A stretch of 64,000 bases of DNA from contig CAVSBQ010000002.1 of NCBI GenBank assembly GCA_963726265.1, positions 832,001 through 896,000 of the forward strand. The letters run 5' to 3'. The translations under genes were made by a program, and so were the position numbers. The notes beneath the pieces are model-generated. The model did no database searches, had not been told where the DNA came from, and saw only the letters and a program-made list of their open reading frames with translations. Below are positions 60,001 through 64,000 of this stretch, one piece after another. Source of the DNA: Candidatus Aenigmatarchaeota archaeon (GTDB lineage: Archaea; Aenigmatarchaeota; Aenigmatarchaeia; QMZP01; QMZT01). Each line of letters starts with the position of its first letter. The stretch's first letter is position 1.

Positions 60001-62501
60001 TGCTCCGATACGGGCGGCTCGGGCTGCAACAAGACTTACTATAAAATTGTGAACGCCACCGACAGCTGCGGCACAACGGGCTTCACCGTCGTCAGCGCGG
60101 GTTTTGTCAAGGACAACGTGACCTGCCCCTTCGGCCAGACTTGCGACCTCAAGGTATGCTATTATTCTAATGACCGCGCGAACAATTTCGAGACGCTGAA
60201 GCAGAGCAACTCCTTCCATCTGAAAACGAACGCCTGCCAGGGAAAGCAGTGCGGAGACGCATGTTTATACACCCAGGGCATATGCGACGGGCCTGACGGC
60301 AACTGTTACGCCAGCGGAGGATGCAGGCTCGCTTGCACAGCGCCTTCGCCGGGAACAGGGAACGAGAGGATATGGGTCACTTCCGCCTGCGGCAGGACGG
60401 GCTCCTACAAGTGCGCTGCGTCCTCAATCTGCAGCAACAGCCTCGTCTCATGCTCGGTCGGCGGCTCATCCGCGCCTGTCACTGGCGACTGGGTTTCATA
60501 TTCCTATCCGACCGGCTCATACGGAACAGGAGGCTCGTTCAGCATAGCGCTTTCCGGCGTCAGCAAGAGCCCGCTGGGCTTCACCATACTTTCCGAATGC
60601 GCCGTGGTCAAATCCAACGGCAGCGTCGTCTATTTTGACAACTGGGGCACCAACGTGCTGTTCTCATATACCGTGAGGCCGGAAGACCCGGAGGGCATGT
60701 GGACCGTCGACTATTGCGGGCTGTGGTCGGACTTCGAGGGCAACGGCGGTTGGCTGCTGAAGCGCAACGACACGAACTACCAGTTCGCTGTGGACAAGTC
60801 GCCGCCTTCCATCACCATAAACCGGCCGAAAACGAATGACGTTTATTCGGCTGACTTCACGGCGAACGCCACGGTCAGTGACACGTACTCGTCGATTGAC
60901 AAGGTATTCTATCGCTGGGAAAACACCACCAGCACCGGCGCCTGGGTAGGGATGGCGCTCAGCGGCGGCGAATACACCGCTAACTTCGACGTCGATGTGA
61001 TGGCCGACGGCGTGTATTCGGTAAGGGTCAGGGCGAACGATTCCGTCGGCAACTCCGGCAACGCCTCGGTAAGCAACGTCAGGATAGACAGGCAAGCTCC
61101 GGACATAACCATCTTCAGCCCTGCGTCAGGCTGGCACAACGCCAACTTCAGCGTGACGGCCAGGGTCACGGACAACGATGCGGTCGACCACGTCCGCTAC
61201 CGCTGGGAAAACCTCACGAACTCCGGTCCCTGGAACAAAATGAGCCAGGACGCTTCCGGCAATTACACAGGCGATTTTTAACGTGCATTCCGTCTCGTCG
61301 GGCAACTACACGGTGAAGGTATGGGCCAACGACACCAAGGAACAACATCGCCGAAAAAACGGTGGACAGGGTGGGCATCGATTACGTCGCCCCCGCTTCA
61401 GCAATGACGAAGCCCGTTCCCAACACCTTCGTGATGAGCAGCGTCTTCAACATCTCATGGACAGGAAGCGACAGCCACAGCGGGGTGAAATGCTATTACG
61501 TGACTTACAAGTATTGCGACAACGGCAACTACTACTGCCCCAATGAGCAATACAACGTCAGCTTCCCGGGAGGCAGGTGTACGACTCTGACGCAATACGA
61601 GTTCAACCCGTCCAACGAGCTTTCGTGGGTGCAGGACTTCAACAACTACACGTTCTTCTTCAAGGCCGTCGCTTTGGACAACGCCGGCAACTACGAATCC
61701 AAGGCGGTCTGGGAGACCAACATCACGATTTACATACCCAAGCTCGTGACCTTCGCGACCATAGAAAACACGACCAAGAACAGCATCAGGAACGGAGGCA
61801 AGGTCGCGACCAACAGGACCGTCGTCATATCTGTTAATGCTAAGGCCGACGTGACCGGCGTACTCAACATAACAGTCTACTATTCCAAGCACGCGGTCGG
61901 CGCGGCCCCGTCGGCTTGGACGCCCGTCTCCTGCCTCAACATCAGGGAGTGCAACGCCTCCATACAGATGAACCTGACCGCTGCGCAGGAAAGGATGGAG
62001 GTCTCCTATTACATCCGGGCGGAAAACGCCAGCATGACCGAATTCCTGCCGCCCAACGCCCCGGCCGGCTACTTCTACTACACGGTCTACCTGCATCCCA
62101 TATGCAACTTCCTCGTGATGGAGGAAGTGAGGGCGATTCTCGGTTCCAACGAACTGGTAGGCATCGAGGTAAGGAACATCCAGGACAGCTACGACAACGT
62201 CACCCTGTGGTTGATGCCCGCCTTCGCAAGGTTCGTGGAGACGGACTCGCAGAAGCTTACCGTGGCCCTGAACCCCTCGGAAGACAGGCTCATCTACGCG
62301 CGCCTCGTCCCGTCCGCGGACGACTTCATGCTCACCCTGGTCGGCAACGAGTCGCAGGCAGACCCCGAGCTTTACGACGAGGACTCAGTGCGCGTCATCC
62401 TCGGCTTCCCGCCCAACTTCTCCGAGCTCAGCGATTTCGCAGCAATAGTGCTGGTCCTGCTGGCGGGAATGCTATACTTCATATTCTTCAAGAAGGACTG
62501 A
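57010..62501 (+). CDS. Giant Cys-rich cell-surface protein with Ig-like repeats and C-terminal TM anchor; frameshifts near 61280 and 61340
   Basis: Signal peptide, four CCGDD repeats, D..PP/D.AGN Ig-like units, terminal TM plus KK. Confidence 0.8.
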
Positions 62502-62571
62502 AAGAAGGCCTGTTTTTGAAAATCCAAAGGAACATATATTATTAAAAATCTTCCTGCATATCTTATCTATT

Positions 62572-62850
62572 ATGAAGATTCTGGAGTATAAAGGATTTAG
62601 AATATGCAGGGACTCGTCTCCGTACGCAGGACAAAAAAGCCTTGAAAAACCGCCTTATTCCTTTCACGTAGACAAGAATAGCGTGCTGCATATACATAGA
62701 AAAATCGATGACATGGTGCTTCAGATGGCCGAACATCCCATAAAAGAGATAAATGTCTCGGACAAAAAGGAAATAAGAATAATAATTGACCAGCACGAGA
62801 GCGACCTGAGAAGCCTTTTGCAGCCTGATTGTGTGGCGGCAGTAGCTTAG
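62572..62850 (+). CDS. Hypothetical protein
   Basis: 92-aa ORF, AT-rich, TATA-like sequence upstream. Confidence 0.5.
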   Translation: MKILEYKGFRICRDSSPYAGQKSLEKPPYSFHVDKNSVLHIHRKIDDMVLQMAEHPIKEINVSDKKEIRIIIDQHESDLRSLLQPDCVAAVA

Positions 62851-62873
62851 AAATTCAGGATTCTATCCTGAGC

Positions 62874-63878
62874 CTAGAACTCAACCCTGAACCTCAAAAA
62901 CCCGGCTATCCCTCCGATGTGCAGGAACTGCTCCCCGAGCTCGTGGTCTGCTGCTATTATGACGACTGCGCCTGCCATCTTCTCCTCCTCGTCCATCAGC
63001 CGCTCGAACTCGTTCACCTTCTCCTGCGCCACGAAAAGCGTCTCGACCGCGCCCATGCGAATCGCCTTTTCCGTCTCTTTCGCTCCGTACACGACGAGCC
63101 CGTCCGTCTTCATGCGCTTCAGGATTTCGTTGACGTACCCGGCTTCCCTGGCCACGCGCGTCTCCCTGAGAAGCCTGTTCGCCGACTTCTTGAGGACCTC
63201 CTGCACGCCGTTCATGCCCGTCGCGCTCGCATGCTCGATTATGATTTTCCTCGCCAACTCTTTGTCCTTCGCAGTCACGTACCGCAGCAAATTCTCGCGC
63301 TCGAAGCCCGGCCCCGCCACGACGATGGTCTGCACCTCCTGGCCCCTGAGATACGAGATTATCTTGTCGTAATACTTTTCCATGTTCTCGCGGTCGTAGT
63401 TCTCTATCCGCGCCTTCATCTCCACGCCCGACTCGCGGAGGACTGCGAAGTCCGCTTCTTCCCTGTCGAGCACGCATACCATGAAATTCGCTTTCGCCAC
63501 CTTCGCCTTCTCCAGCCTGTCGAGCTGGTGCGCCTTCCAGCGCTTCTTCTGCACCGTCACCACCGAGCCCGCCTCGACCTGAAGCGAATGGTAGGAGTTC
63601 ATGGGGACGTCTTCCGGCCCAGCCACAATCGGCCCGCTCAGCCTGAGCACGCCCGAATCGCGGTGGAACTCCATCTTCTCGAGTTTGATGGTCAGCATCA
63701 TCGGCTTCTTATCGCCGTATTCGTATTCCCCACCTCGTTTGACCGAGGCCTTGCGGAAGGTCCTGGAGGTAACCATGTCGCCAACTTCGAGCACGCGCTC
63801 CAGATGCCACATGTCTTCCGGCGACTCCACCTGGACCTTGACCTTCTGTTCCCTCATGTCCCTGTTCAGGATTTTCAT
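62874..63878 (-). CDS. pelA: mRNA surveillance protein pelota
   Basis: EDMWHL, YHSL, AGPGF, YG..E, GGIAGFLRF. Confidence 0.95.
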   Translation of the reverse strand: MKILNRDMREQKVKVQVESPEDMWHLERVLEVGDMVTSRTFRKASVKRGGEYEYGDKKPMMLTIKLEKMEFHRDSGVLRLSGPIVAGPEDVPMNSYHSLQVEAGSVVTVQKKRWKAHQLDRLEKAKVAKANFMVCVLDREEADFAVLRESGVEMKARIENYDRENMEKYYDKIISYLRGQEVQTIVVAGPGFERENLLRYVTAKDKELARKIIIEHASATGMNGVQEVLKKSANRLLRETRVAREAGYVNEILKRMKTDGLVVYGAKETEKAIRMGAVETLFVAQEKVNEFERLMDEEEKMAGAVVIIAADHELGEQFLHIGGIAGFLRFRVEF

Positions 63879-64000
63879 GAGTCCACTACACCTTTCTATT
63901 CCATTTCGACTAAAATACGCAGATTATTATGTGGTTTTAGCATCATTCGTCCATTTCAGCCAAGAAAGCATCGATAATTTTTATACGGGAGGGCTCCGTG

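Noticed and set aside
1..64000. CRISPR array, cas genes, transposase, integrase, reverse transcriptase/DGR
   Set aside because: None recognised; the 235-bp repeat shows no adenine-specific mismatches.

Overview
Chromosomal window of an archaeon, probably a small-genome DPANN-type lineage. The lineage call is an inference from split rpoB and rpoA genes, fragmented ribosomal operons, a stand-alone 5S rRNA and intron-rich tRNAs. Housekeeping content: RNA polymerase operon rpoH-B''-B'-A'-A'' (A'' carries a 455-aa LAGLIDADG intein), ribosomal proteins L44e/S27ae/L6/L32e, class V FBP aldolase/phosphatase, TPI, TFB, aIF5A, aIF1A, Trm1, topoisomerase VI, TrkH, pelota, 5S rRNA and five tRNAs. Tyr and Lys have long 37/38 introns; Asp has a non-canonical 59/60 T-loop intron. 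Two blocks stand out. (i) A ~13.6 kb signalling island (19.2-32.8 kb) with two KaiC-like ATPases, two degenerate KaiC-like proteins, an AbrB-like protein, a V4R-like protein, a radical SAM/SPASM + UbiA pair, a receiver, a PAS-only protein and three tandem permease-less solute-binding lipoproteins, joined by an exact 235-bp repeat and abutting a HAMP histidine kinase. (ii) The lower modified archaeal mevalonate pathway (mvk, UbiD, AcnX L/S, UbiX, IPK, IDI-2) with an embedded LpdD-like protein. Also present: an MNT-HEPN pair with twin operators, an HExxH/beta-strand-rich exported ORFan, a ~1800-aa Cys-rich surface protein and several unannotated micro-ORFs. At least 11 frameshifts across eight genes most likely reflect sequencing indels. 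All calls come from motif recognition by eye, not database searches.
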